From an uncultured Bacteriovoracaceae bacterium (lineage in GTDB: Bacteria > Bdellovibrionota > Bacteriovoracia > Bacteriovoracales > Bacteriovoracaceae), in the NCBI GenBank assembly GCA_964012805.1, contig CAXGUD010000029.1, positions 1 through 46,227 on the forward strand: a stretch of 46,227 nucleotides of DNA, written 5' to 3'. This document shows, piece by piece, positions 1 to 9,569 of the stretch (the stretch's first letter is position 1; each line of letters starts with the position of its first letter). The notes below the pieces were generated by a model, which saw nothing but the letters and a program-made list of their open reading frames with translations, made no database searches and had not been told where the DNA came from. The position numbers were made by a program, and so were the translations under genes.

Positions 1-1
1 T

Positions 2-121
2 TTTGGAATGGATGTTGTAAAATCAACCCTTGAAAAAATTGGTGCTAATCTTGAGGTTGCAACCCAAGAAGAAGAAGGCACAACTTTTGTCATCGACATA
101 ACACCAAAGAAGAAAATTTAA
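2..121 (+). CDS. C-terminal fragment of a CheA-like histidine kinase HATPase domain (partial, starts before the window)
   Basis: The frame from nt 2 reads FGMDVVKSTLEKIGANLEVATQEEEGTTFVIDITPKKKI*, which carries the CheA G2 box and GTTF strand. It ends without a CheW (P5) domain. Not in the ORF track. Confidence 0.85.
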   Translation, partial: FGMDVVKSTLEKIGANLEVATQEEEGTTFVIDITPKKKI

Positions 122-156
122 CGAATCCATTCCTTTTTTAAAAAAAGCTATAAGTT

Positions 157-549
157 TTAATTAGAACACTTAGCGCCTCTACAATTGGACTCTAAAGTAT
201 CCCTTTTACATTTTTTTATGACCTTCTCTTCAGCTAATGCGCGGGAGGACCCTACCGCACTATAGGTTTTAAAAGTCGTCTCAATTTTACAAATCCAACT
301 CGCACGGTCATCACCTCTACCAATTCTTCTTTCCAAAAAGCTTAGTCTATCCTCCAAATCTTGGTTTAAAGCTTCTAACTCTTCCACATGATCTAATATT
401 GAATAGACTTTACTTTCTAATCTTCTTAACTTTCTTTCAATTAAATCAATATCCATCTGCCCAAAGGAAATCGCGGGAAGTAGTAAGCCACCAACAAATA
501 AAAAGCCAAAAAATCTTTCAGACAACGTCCTTAGTTTTGATTTTTTCAT
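157..549 (-). CDS. Secreted hypothetical protein with a coiled coil and a small 4-Cys C-terminal domain
   Basis: AGGAGG SD upstream, Sec-type signal peptide, heptad-rich middle, C-terminal WICK...KKC...NC...KC. Confidence 0.75.
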   Translation of the reverse strand: MKKSKLRTLSERFFGFLFVGGLLLPAISFGQMDIDLIERKLRRLESKVYSILDHVEELEALNQDLEDRLSFLERRIGRGDDRASWICKIETTFKTYSAVGSSRALAEEKVIKKCKRDTLESNCRGAKCSN

Positions 550-832
550 TTTTCGAACCCTCCTAAATTAAAAATTTTCACTTAAAAAATTTAGAAAAGA
601 ATAAAAGCAATGAAACTTATCAACAAGGCTTCTTGCGCCCATGTTTTTATTTTCTGGTATCTATTATTTTTAGCTTTCATTTTGGCACACCAAGACAAAA
701 AGTACTCTTTGCCCCTAATTTCTACCATTAATGATAAATGTAAGAAAAAGTGAGAGGCCAAAAGAGTTTAATTTTGATTAATTACATAAACTTATCCCAT
801 ACATGATAACAGTGGCTCCAAAAGGAAAAAGA

Positions 833-1630
833 ATGAAGAAAAGCATGATTTCTCTAATTTGGTTAGGCTTACTCAGCTGCATTCTTCTCAGCTGTGGCCC
901 ATCCGCACCTCATCAAGGCGTCCAGTTCGAAAACTCAAAATCTATAATTGGTGAAAATGACCTCGTTTATGTCCCAAAAAATTTAGCAAGTTTTCGACAA
1001 ACTGCACCCTCAGAAGACCTTCTTGACTCTATAGGGCTTATTCAGTCTGGTTGTACGGCCACTCATATTGGAAATAATATAATGATCACTGCTGGTCATT
1101 GTTTACAAGCTAAGTTTTTTAACTTTCACAAAGACATCTCTTGTAACAAAAGGCTTACTGTCAGCTGGGGAGTCAGAGGATCTTATAGAGGTTATTTAAA
1201 CTCCAAGTGCGTAAGAATCATCGCAGCAGAAAATTCTATAGAAAGGGACTTTGCTTTGATAGAAGTCGATAATGCTCCCAAAGATCAGTTTAACCTCTAC
1301 ACTGGCGGTGAACCAGAACTAAATCGAAGCATGACAATTTACTCGCACCCAATGAAAAGACCCCTTCAATGGTCAAAAGAATGCAAAAACTTGGGAAGAA
1401 AAGACCTTGGCCAATGGAGCTCAAATAGGTCCTACTATCTAAACAGGGTCCACTATGAATGCGACACAGAAGGTGGAAGCAGTGGCGCAGCCGTTATAGA
1501 CTCAAGCACCTATGAAATATTGGCCATCCATAATAGTGGAACTGCCTTCGCTGGAGATATGAACAAGGCGACGAGTATAAAGGATATTTTAGATAAACTT
1601 GACCAAGAAGGCGTAACCTTAGACCTTTAA
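833..1630 (+). CDS. Trypsin-like (S1) serine protease, probable lipoprotein
   Basis: TAGHC (His), DFAL (Asp), GGSSG (Ser) and lipobox LLSC. ATG 833 behind AAGGA is preferred over the ORF-track start at 803. Confidence 0.9.
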   Translation: MKKSMISLIWLGLLSCILLSCGPSAPHQGVQFENSKSIIGENDLVYVPKNLASFRQTAPSEDLLDSIGLIQSGCTATHIGNNIMITAGHCLQAKFFNFHKDISCNKRLTVSWGVRGSYRGYLNSKCVRIIAAENSIERDFALIEVDNAPKDQFNLYTGGEPELNRSMTIYSHPMKRPLQWSKECKNLGRKDLGQWSSNRSYYLNRVHYECDTEGGSSGAAVIDSSTYEILAIHNSGTAFAGDMNKATSIKDILDKLDQEGVTLDL

Positions 1631-2466
1631 AAATACTTTTTTTGTGCCCTTACGAAAAGGACTTTGTCTTTTTCAGGGCACCATGCAGTTAGCCTTTCCC
1701 CAGAGTAACACCCAGTATCGATTTGAATAACCTTTTGACCTTTGTGACGCTTTATTGAAGGAAGTGGGGTGTGACCGCTAACAAGAGCTTTTCCCCTCAC
1801 GTGACTTACCCCTTTCATACTTCGATTCCAAAAAAGTGAATAAACAGCTTCTTTTACATTATGGGTTATTTTTTTCCGGGTCCCCAACACATTCATGACG
1901 GTTTCGATATGTTCTGATTTGGGCAAGGCATGAGTAACAAGAATTTTTTTTAGTGATAAAAGAGGCCTAAGAGAAAGGAAGAAGTTTAAGTGGGTTTTTG
2001 GTAAGACCCAATCCTTTGGATCTTCAGAAAATACTCCATAACTTTGAAGGGTCTCTTTTCCACCTTGCCCATACCAGTGGCTTTTTAAAGTTTCTAAATA
2101 ATCCTCCCAACTCATACTTTCGCTTAGGGAGCGCTCCAAGAACCTTTCTTTATAAGTATAAAGCCATAAAGGATACTTTCTTTTAAGTCGCTTTAAAAGG
2201 TGAGGCTTAAAAAGCTCTATAGAAGCAAGCATCATGGCCTCATGATTTCCCATAACGATATCATGTGTTCCCTTTTTACGCCCCTCAATAAAGTGCTCTA
2301 CAACTTCCTTTGAGGAGGGCCCTCTGTCAATAATATCTCCAACTGAAACGATAAAAGGTCTTTTTTTATTCTTTATGGCATGATCATTTATTTTCTTTTC
2401 AAGCTTTAATAGCTCTTCATAACAACCATGAATATCTCCAACTATATAATGCCAAGAATTTTTCAA
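1627..2466 (-). CDS. Metallophosphoesterase, PPP/ApaH-like Ser/Thr phosphatase family
   Basis: GDIHG, GDIIDRG, GNHE, HA, GHT and IDTG motifs. TTG start with GGAGG SD. Confidence 0.9.
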   Translation of the reverse strand: MKNSWHYIVGDIHGCYEELLKLEKKINDHAIKNKKRPFIVSVGDIIDRGPSSKEVVEHFIEGRKKGTHDIVMGNHEAMMLASIELFKPHLLKRLKRKYPLWLYTYKERFLERSLSESMSWEDYLETLKSHWYGQGGKETLQSYGVFSEDPKDWVLPKTHLNFFLSLRPLLSLKKILVTHALPKSEHIETVMNVLGTRKKITHNVKEAVYSLFWNRSMKGVSHVRGKALVSGHTPLPSIKRHKGQKVIQIDTGCYSGERLTAWCPEKDKVLFVRAQKKYF

Positions 2467-2497
2467 TACCTTCCTCCCATTTTTTTAATTTAGAAGA

Positions 2498-3688
2498 TCA
2501 AACAAATGAAATTAATTTGTGAGATCTTTCTATTTTAGGAAAGTGAAACCATTTTTTTTGAATAGAGTAATAAATTGAGCGGTAATCTGTTGTATAAACA
2601 AGGTTTCCCTTATCTAAATTTTTTAAACTTGGTCTCTTTCCATAAATACCACCTCTGACTTTCCCTCCTAAGGCAAAAAATACATTTGCTGTTCCGTGAT
2701 CCGTTCCTAAACTTTCATTTTCGGCAACTCTCCTTCCAAACTCGGAGTAAGTTAAGATTAAGCTTGAATCCCATTGGTCTATTTTTTTTAGGCCTTTGGT
2801 TAGAGTTGATATGGTTTGATCTAAATTGCCCATTAAGACCTCATGCCTCTTCAGTTGGTTCCTATGTGTATCAAAACCAGGAATGGTTAAAACAAAAACT
2901 GGAATTTGGGGGTTAGATTGAATAAGAGTTAAAGCTGTCTCAACTTGCTTTTTCAAAGGAAATCTTTTTCCTTCTGAAAAAGTTTCCATCGCATTTATCT
3001 CATTAAATTTAGCGTTCGTTTTTTGAAGGCTCTTTTCAACATTTAGGATATGAGATAGAGCTTCATTCTTTTTCGATAATAAGGAAAGTTCTTTGATATT
3101 CAACTTTTGAAGTTTTTCTGTTGAGTTTTTAAAGAATTTTAAATTTTTTAAACTTAGTGATTTTAAGTTATCTCCTCTTAAAGGGCCTAAGAACCCTCCA
3201 CCTAAAACAACTCCATTCCAATCATAACTGGTATTAGTTTCATTAAACGTTCGAGCTAACCAACCGTTTTTTAAAACTTCATTTGAGCTAGAACCTGTTT
3301 CAATAATATCCATGGCCCTAAAGTGACTCAAATTGGGGTTATCCATACCTACCCCTTGAATAAGGGCCATTTGACCTTCCTTATAAAGCGAAAAAGTATT
3401 TTTAAGAGAGTGGTGTAATCCCTGTTCGGAGTTAATCTTTAAAACATTTTCTTTTTTCAATGAGATTTTAGGTCTGCTTTTATAATAGATATCATCTTCG
3501 AATGGAATTAATGTATTAAGTCCATCATTACCACCTATTAACTGAATAAGAATAAGTCTCCTCCCTTCTCGTCCTTTCGCTTTTGGTTGAACACGATTAA
3601 GTTGAGAGTAAATTGAGGATGGATTAATTAATCCACTAAATCCTAATCCCGCAACAATTTTTAAAAAATCCCTTCTTTTTAGGCTCAT
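2498..3688 (-). CDS. DUF1501 family Tat-exported protein
   Basis: RRDFLK Tat motif, GGNDGLNT, SHF, GFDTH and SEFGRR..EN..GTDHG. ATG 3688 follows GAGGTG (the ORF track starts at GTG 3697). Confidence 0.9.
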   Translation of the reverse strand: MSLKRRDFLKIVAGLGFSGLINPSSIYSQLNRVQPKAKGREGRRLILIQLIGGNDGLNTLIPFEDDIYYKSRPKISLKKENVLKINSEQGLHHSLKNTFSLYKEGQMALIQGVGMDNPNLSHFRAMDIIETGSSSNEVLKNGWLARTFNETNTSYDWNGVVLGGGFLGPLRGDNLKSLSLKNLKFFKNSTEKLQKLNIKELSLLSKKNEALSHILNVEKSLQKTNAKFNEINAMETFSEGKRFPLKKQVETALTLIQSNPQIPVFVLTIPGFDTHRNQLKRHEVLMGNLDQTISTLTKGLKKIDQWDSSLILTYSEFGRRVAENESLGTDHGTANVFFALGGKVRGGIYGKRPSLKNLDKGNLVYTTDYRSIYYSIQKKWFHFPKIERSHKLISFV

Positions 3689-3693
3689 TTTAA

Positions 3694-5181
3694 TCACCTC
3701 AATTGGAAAATAGGTCCTGACAAGAGATTAAAGACTTTTTTACTTTTTGCTCCTTTTCCTAAATCAATTATTGGTGGCAAAGGTAAATAAATATTGGCCA
3801 CCTTTTTAACAAATCTTTCTTTTCTAAAGGGTATATTGCTATTCCTTAATATTCGATATTTCCAAAACCGCCTTACAAGTGCTTTTCTTTGCAATAAAGT
3901 ATTGGTATTAATCCACGAAGTATAACCAGTCCAGCCTCTAACATTTGGAGGATTGAATAATTCCATTCCCATTTTTTTACTCATTCTCATTATCACATTT
4001 ATGTTAAAAGATTTTGGCCTTATTCCTTTTTCATTTAAAAAAGAATAATACGACAGAATAAAATGAATTGGCGATTTAACAAGAGCACCTCTATTTTTCA
4101 TTTCATAAAATGAGTCGCTTGTAAAAATGGATAGAAACAATTTTCTAATATCATAATTATTATTTTTAAAAATATTTGAAAAATAATCTAATTCTTTTTT
4201 TGTAATATTTGGATGAACAAACTCTTTCCAGATCTTTTTAACAATAAATCTAGATGTTTCACTTTTTTTCAGAATAATATCGATTAAATCTTCAGGATCA
4301 AAATTCCCTTGCTTTCCGAAGATAACTTTGTTTGAACCATCATGTAATTTTTCATTAAAGATATATATGTCTTTAAGTCGATTGTAACGAAAACCGGTTA
4401 ATGCCCTTGATGCTTCTTTAATATCCTTTTCACTGTAGTTGCCAATACCTAAAGTAAAAAGTTCAAAAAGTTCCCTCGCAAGGTTTTCATTAGGTTTATT
4501 TTTTTTACTTTTTGGAAGGTCCAAATAAAGCCCCAATGCTGGATCATAAATAGCTGATCTTGCCAATTCGCCAAAACTACCAAGGGCCTTTTCCCTCCAT
4601 AACTCATTTTGTTGAAAAAGTAGATTTAAATCTTTCACTGCTTTAAACGAAGTCGTAAAATGGTTATGCCAAAAAAGAGTTAGAACTTCTCGAAAAGGTT
4701 CTTCGGAAGAAATCATCCTTCTAATCCACCATTTTTGTAATCTGGGGAAAAAAAAGTTTTGGATTTTTCTCATCATCCTTCGGGCCTCTCTTTTTGACAT
4801 TTCACTCTCAGGGAGAGGGAGGACCATCATATTTTTTTTACTTTCTTGGAGGTAATTATTGTAAAAAAACAAAAACTCTCGATTAAAAGATTTCCAATCC
4901 TCTTTACGCAAAGCTTTTATCATCTTTTTCTTTTTTCTTCTTAACTGGACTAAAAAATGTGGTGTTTCCTTTTTTAATTGGTTTCCTTTATAGGCTCCAA
5001 TAGCAAATCTTGCTGCCTTAAGTTTGTCTTGTTTCATAAAAAATCTAAGATCTTTTTCAGAGTAAAAAAAGCGAGTTCGCGCCAATAAATGCTTTGCCTC
5101 ACTTCTTGTAAGTGCAAAGACTTTATGACCTATTAAAAAAAAAAATAAGGTTATTAAAATTTTAAAAGACTTTCTTTTCAA
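3694..5181 (-). CDS. DUF1800 family protein
   Basis: LFWHNHF, PNENLARELFELFTLG, KSP and PPNVRGW motifs. Sits directly upstream of DUF1501, the usual pairing. Confidence 0.9.
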   Translation of the reverse strand: MKRKSFKILITLFFFLIGHKVFALTRSEAKHLLARTRFFYSEKDLRFFMKQDKLKAARFAIGAYKGNQLKKETPHFLVQLRRKKKKMIKALRKEDWKSFNREFLFFYNNYLQESKKNMMVLPLPESEMSKREARRMMRKIQNFFFPRLQKWWIRRMISSEEPFREVLTLFWHNHFTTSFKAVKDLNLLFQQNELWREKALGSFGELARSAIYDPALGLYLDLPKSKKNKPNENLARELFELFTLGIGNYSEKDIKEASRALTGFRYNRLKDIYIFNEKLHDGSNKVIFGKQGNFDPEDLIDIILKKSETSRFIVKKIWKEFVHPNITKKELDYFSNIFKNNNYDIRKLFLSIFTSDSFYEMKNRGALVKSPIHFILSYYSFLNEKGIRPKSFNINVIMRMSKKMGMELFNPPNVRGWTGYTSWINTNTLLQRKALVRRFWKYRILRNSNIPFRKERFVKKVANIYLPLPPIIDLGKGAKSKKVFNLLSGPIFQLR

Positions 5182-5357
5182 AATGGAAAGATCTCCTTTT
5201 AGGGATTAGGATTAATTAAAGAATAAACGGGTATATAATTGTCGTAAAGTTAACTCTTTTTTAAACTTATTTCCCCACTAGGCAGATGTTTTTTTTTGAA
5301 AAAAATCATTTTATTCAAGATAATAATATAAAAAAATAATCTCTATCTAGGAAAGGA

Positions 5358-5999
5358 ATGGAACAATCAATTTACACTTATATTGGACTTATTGCTTCTA
5401 TTCTCATAGCAATTTCCATAATGATGACAAATGTTAAAGCTTTTAGAATCATTAACCTAATAGGTGCTAGCACTTTTGCGATTTACGGTTACCTTATTGA
5501 TTCTATCCCCGTTTTTGCTCTTAACTTCTTTAATACATGTGTAGATATTTTTTATCTCATAAAAATGAAAAACCAAAATGAATACTTTTCAATTAATACA
5601 ACCTTCAAAGGAGATGAGTTTTTCATAGGGGAGTTTTTATCCTACTTCAAAGATGATATCAAAAGTTTTTTTCCGGACTTTTCTTTAAGGCGGATAGAAA
5701 AACCTATCATAATATTAACTTCCAGAAAGATGAATCCAGTCTCTCTCTTTATAGGTGAAATGAAGGAAAAAGGAATTGTTAAGATTCATCTCGATTACTC
5801 TAGACCTGAGTATAGGGATCTTAAGAATGCTCAATTTTTATTCAACGAAAGTCAGCCTTTAATTGAAAAACACAAAATTCATACACTGGAGACGGTCTGC
5901 AGTGTTCCAAAACATCAAAACTACCTATTAAAAATGGGTTTTACTGAGGATGCCAAGACACCATTCCTTTATAGAAAAAGAGTTGGAACAAAAGCTTAA
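5358..5999 (+). CDS. YgjV-like membrane protein with a soluble GNAT-like C-terminal domain
   Basis: About 3 N-terminal TM helices (RIINLIGA..FAIYG) and a C-terminal LDYSRPEYRD...YLLKMGF pattern. Confidence 0.6.
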   Translation: MEQSIYTYIGLIASILIAISIMMTNVKAFRIINLIGASTFAIYGYLIDSIPVFALNFFNTCVDIFYLIKMKNQNEYFSINTTFKGDEFFIGEFLSYFKDDIKSFFPDFSLRRIEKPIIILTSRKMNPVSLFIGEMKEKGIVKIHLDYSRPEYRDLKNAQFLFNESQPLIEKHKIHTLETVCSVPKHQNYLLKMGFTEDAKTPFLYRKRVGTKA

Positions 6000-6029
6000 T
6001 TTAAAGGGATAAATTACATCTATCGCGTT

Positions 6030-6326
6030 TTAATCACCTTCCAATATACCTAAGAGGTCATCGGAATTCATTAATAGAAGTGTTTCATCATCGACTGTTA
6101 CTTCTACACCAGAGTATTTACCAAATAAAACGATGTCCCCTATTTTTATATCAAGGATAGGAAAGACCTTACCGCTTTCATGCCTCTTTCCGGGTCCAAT
6201 TGCGACAATCTTCCCTTTCAAAGGTTTTTCCTTATTTCCGTCAGGGATAATAATTCCACTTTTTGTTTTATTATCCGCTTCGACTCTTTTGACTAGGACC
6301 CTATCTCCTAAAGGTCTTAGACTCAT
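6030..6326 (-). CDS. groES: Co-chaperonin GroES (no adjacent groEL)
   Basis: LRPLGDRVLV, KTKSGIIIP, KEKP, GDIVLFGKYSG and a GAGGAG SD. Confidence 0.97.
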   Translation of the reverse strand: MSLRPLGDRVLVKRVEADNKTKSGIIIPDGNKEKPLKGKIVAIGPGKRHESGKVFPILDIKIGDIVLFGKYSGVEVTVDDETLLLMNSDDLLGILEGD

Positions 6327-6358
6327 GGACTCTCCTCTATTAAATGAATTAAAAAAAA

Positions 6359-7117
6359 TTATTTAAAAAAAGCATTCCTCAATTCGTCAAATTTTCCATT
6401 CTCTTTCATTTTCAAAAAGGCCCCTTGAAACTTTTTAACAAGCTCAGGCGAACTTTGTTTATTAAAGGCCATGTATAGCCCTTTTTTGGAAAGCGCGTCA
6501 AAATAAAATGACCTTTTTAAAACTTTATTTGGATCAATACCTTTTTCTTTTAGGAGGTGAAAGGCCACCATTTCATTCATTGCCCATAAATCTATTCTCT
6601 TTGCTTTAAGCTTCAGGAAGCTTGAGAAGTATGTTGATGTTGGAAAGATATTTTTTCCTTTAGTAAAACCCTGTGATAAGAGGTATTGCTCTCTTACATC
6701 TTCTCTTACAGTACCGATCCGGTATTTTTTTGCATCAGCTAAATTGTTTATTTTAATATTTTTATTTTGCTTTAAAGAGAATAAGAAATACTTTGAGGGA
6801 GCAATTGGACCGATCCAGTGAAAAAGATTTTCTCTTTTTGGGTTTCTTCCCATTGAGTAAATAAGTACATTTTTTTCACGCCTGGCCGTTTGGAAAGTTC
6901 TTACCCAAGGCATGACTTCGATACCATTTTTTGGTTTTAACTTTAACATATCCAGTATTGTTTTTACTATGCCTGTACTAAATCCTTTAATTGAGTCATC
7001 TGTTTTGTAGTTATAGGGAGGAAAGTTTTCAGTGACGATTCTAAAATCTTGGGCTTTAACATTAGAAATGATAACACCCACAAAAAAGAAGACTAAAAGT
7101 GTTAACCATTTATTCAT
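6359..7117 (-). CDS. Periplasmic substrate-binding protein (family 3, amino-acid type), stand-alone
   Basis: Signal peptide, TENFPPYNY, PWxR, LYMAF and MKENGKFDEL. No permease or ATPase gene adjacent. Confidence 0.85.
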   Translation of the reverse strand: MNKWLTLLVFFFVGVIISNVKAQDFRIVTENFPPYNYKTDDSIKGFSTGIVKTILDMLKLKPKNGIEVMPWVRTFQTARREKNVLIYSMGRNPKRENLFHWIGPIAPSKYFLFSLKQNKNIKINNLADAKKYRIGTVREDVREQYLLSQGFTKGKNIFPTSTYFSSFLKLKAKRIDLWAMNEMVAFHLLKEKGIDPNKVLKRSFYFDALSKKGLYMAFNKQSSPELVKKFQGAFLKMKENGKFDELRNAFFK

Positions 7118-7224
7118 ACCCGACCCTTGCTTTTTAAGCTTTCCCTTAATTATAATTCCATTTTTTAATTTAACGTAATTATTTTTTTCATGATTATTTT
7201 TTATAAGTTTATCTAAAATTAGAT

Positions 7225-7251
7225 TAAATAAATTTTTGCTAAAATCGATAA
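7225..7251 (+). promoter_or_regulatory. Putative sigma28 (FliA) promoter
   Basis: TAAA(7225-7228)-N15-ATCGATAA(7244-7251), compared with consensus TAAA-N15-GCCGATAA. Ends 7 nt before ATG 7259. Confidence 0.55.
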
Positions 7252-7258
7252 GAGTTAT

Positions 7259-7732
7259 ATGAATAAAAAAAAATTAAATCTTTTCAAATTTATTTTGGTA
7301 CTAAGTTTTGTCTTGGGAATTAATTTTAATGCCCAGGCCAAGTTTCAAGTTGGGATTTTAGCAGGTCAAAGTAAGGAAACGAGTACATCATCAACGGGTT
7401 TAAGCTTCTTATTACAAAGTGGTAACATGTTTCGTTTTATAAGCAGTTTTTCCTATTTTACGGGTGGAACGAATAAAGCAGAAGGTGAATTTGCAATTGG
7501 AGGTACATTTTACCCCCTCGCTAGCCTAACTAAATCTTTTGTACAGCCCTTTTTTGGTCTTAGTGCTTTTGTCGGGTTAAATCAAGAAAGTTCTTCTCCC
7601 AATGCTGGTTTTGATTACTCAGTTGGCGTAGATTTAAAAATTCTAAAGAAATATGGCTTGACCATAAAAGTAGATAGACATAGTTCACCTTCTAGTCAAC
7701 GACTAGCTGTAGGTTTTTACAGTCTCCATTAA
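7259..7732 (+). CDS. Small outer-membrane beta-barrel protein
   Basis: Signal peptide ending AQA and alternating amphipathic strands (VQPFFGLSA, YSVGVDL, RLAVGFY). Confidence 0.7.
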   Translation: MNKKKLNLFKFILVLSFVLGINFNAQAKFQVGILAGQSKETSTSSTGLSFLLQSGNMFRFISSFSYFTGGTNKAEGEFAIGGTFYPLASLTKSFVQPFFGLSAFVGLNQESSSPNAGFDYSVGVDLKILKKYGLTIKVDRHSSPSSQRLAVGFYSLH

Positions 7733-7758
7733 AAAAAGAGTCCTCTTGCTTTCTCTAA

Positions 7759-9333
7759 TTATTCTATCCCCTGCCCTGTAAGCTTATAAATCGGAAGAAT
7801 AAACTTTTTATAACCGTCTACTTTACTCGGAAGAGCAAAGTCCATTGTATTCCACTTTACAATATTATCTGATGTTTCAGGCTCTAAAAGTTGGGTAACC
7901 AAGGCTCCTAGCTCCTGACCTGTCTTTATATAGTAGCTTCCCTTGGGAAACATGACTTTATCTTGAGAAACGCCTTCTACTGTTACGGAAACCGCTTTTT
8001 TATGGTCATAAACTTTCTTATATTCAATCTCTTTAATAATATAAGAATCAACATTTAAGTAATGGTCTCTTTTTAGCTTAGATATTTTTATACTATGCCT
8101 TTTAAGAAGGTCTATTGATTTCTCAAAACCTGGCTTTAACAAGTAACCAAAAGGTCTTGGCCTTGATTTTACTGGTATTATTTTATTTTTAATTTTAGCA
8201 TTTTTTACTTTTATAATTTCTCTTTTGGATCCTACTTTTTTCCCACCTATTAAATAACTGACTCTTTTATCACTAAAGCCGTATTTCATCTTTACAACGA
8301 TATTGCCTTTAGCATTTTTACCAAGCTTCACAATTTTCTTTTTTGTCGATTTTGTGACACTTAAAATTTGGTCTTTATTTAATGAGGAAAACTCTAAAAC
8401 GGCTTTCAATCCGACAAGACCACTTTTAAAGCCAAGCTCTTTATTTTGCCAATTAGGAGACTCAAAAAGCACACTAATGATATTGATTAGGCCACCATAG
8501 TTTCTACCAATTCTCGTCTTGTGCCCACCAATGGACCAAAATGATTTATTCCCTCTTTGGTAATAAAATGATTTATACTCTTTTTGCTTTAACCTCTTCG
8601 TTATAAAAGGCAGAAGCTTTTTATTACAAAAACCAGAAAGGCTTTTTGAAACCCCAGCGTTTGTCGAGCATAGGTAGGATAAATGATAAGGAAACCGCCC
8701 CCCATTGTGCCCATCAACCCATAAATGAGGTTTCCAAGTGTGAAGAATATTTCTTACAAATTGAAAAAGAGAAACTTGCTCCAGCTTCATATAATCTCGG
8801 TTCATATCCACGCCCAAGGCGTTTTTTCTAGAGCCTTTTTCAGAAGCCTCAAAACCATCTGGGTTCATTGAAGGGGTAATGATGATGATAAGATCATCCA
8901 AAAGCCGGTTCATATAACTATCTTTTCGGACAAGTTCTCGCATTAAAACAAGAACTGATTCCCTCAAAGTTCTTTCATCCCCGTGAATATTGGCGCCAAT
9001 TAAAATAATCGGTCTTCCTGTTTCCCTGGCAAGTTTAGGATCCTTAAGTCCTTCTTTACTAAAAATTACTAAGGGTAAATTTCTACCTTGATAAGTCTTT
9101 CCATACTTCGATAACTTCATTTGGTTACTGAAGGTCGACAATTTTTTTAGATAACTCTCAAGCTCCGCATGACTGGTATATCTCTTAAAATGACTTTTTT
9201 CATGAGCGGTTTTTAGTCCAGAGGTACTATCAGCTCCATCACTATTACGCATCCCTACAGTTAGAAGCAAAAAATAAACAAGTATAAAACCTAGCGCCAA
9301 ATTTGGCCTTTTCTGAAACATGAGAAACCTCAA
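7759..9333 (-). CDS. Secreted M14 zinc carboxypeptidase family protein
   Basis: HGDE zinc motif, NPDG, RxN..GVDMNRD, DGH, a likely catalytic Glu in LFES, and a hydrophobic N-terminus. Confidence 0.88.
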   Translation of the reverse strand: MRFLMFQKRPNLALGFILVYFLLLTVGMRNSDGADSTSGLKTAHEKSHFKRYTSHAELESYLKKLSTFSNQMKLSKYGKTYQGRNLPLVIFSKEGLKDPKLARETGRPIILIGANIHGDERTLRESVLVLMRELVRKDSYMNRLLDDLIIIITPSMNPDGFEASEKGSRKNALGVDMNRDYMKLEQVSLFQFVRNILHTWKPHLWVDGHNGGRFPYHLSYLCSTNAGVSKSLSGFCNKKLLPFITKRLKQKEYKSFYYQRGNKSFWSIGGHKTRIGRNYGGLINIISVLFESPNWQNKELGFKSGLVGLKAVLEFSSLNKDQILSVTKSTKKKIVKLGKNAKGNIVVKMKYGFSDKRVSYLIGGKKVGSKREIIKVKNAKIKNKIIPVKSRPRPFGYLLKPGFEKSIDLLKRHSIKISKLKRDHYLNVDSYIIKEIEYKKVYDHKKAVSVTVEGVSQDKVMFPKGSYYIKTGQELGALVTQLLEPETSDNIVKWNTMDFALPSKVDGYKKFILPIYKLTGQGIE

Positions 9334-9569
9334 CTACGAAGTTTTAAGTATTTATATACGTTTAAATACGAAATAACAGAAAAGCCGCCCATTTTCTTAA
9401 AGAAAGCCCCGAATTGAAACATTTATAAACTTTTGTGGCATAAATAGGGGAAATTTTCCTTTAAGTACAAAAAAGAACATTTCAAAATAAGTAATAAATT
9501 TCTTTTACCTGAATAAAAAAAATCCGAAAAAGGTCTCTGATTACAGGTTTAAACTCAAAGGAGTTAACC

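Noticed and set aside
1998..8831. Short ORFs 1998-2186, 2686-2916, 6133-6366, 8303-8500 and 8646-8831
   Set aside because: Antisense shadows of well-supported genes, with no SD or motifs.
9523..9530. TCCGAAAA sigma28-like -10 box upstream of the ATT-start gene
   Set aside because: The -35 position reads TTTA and the -10 has mismatches, too weak to call.
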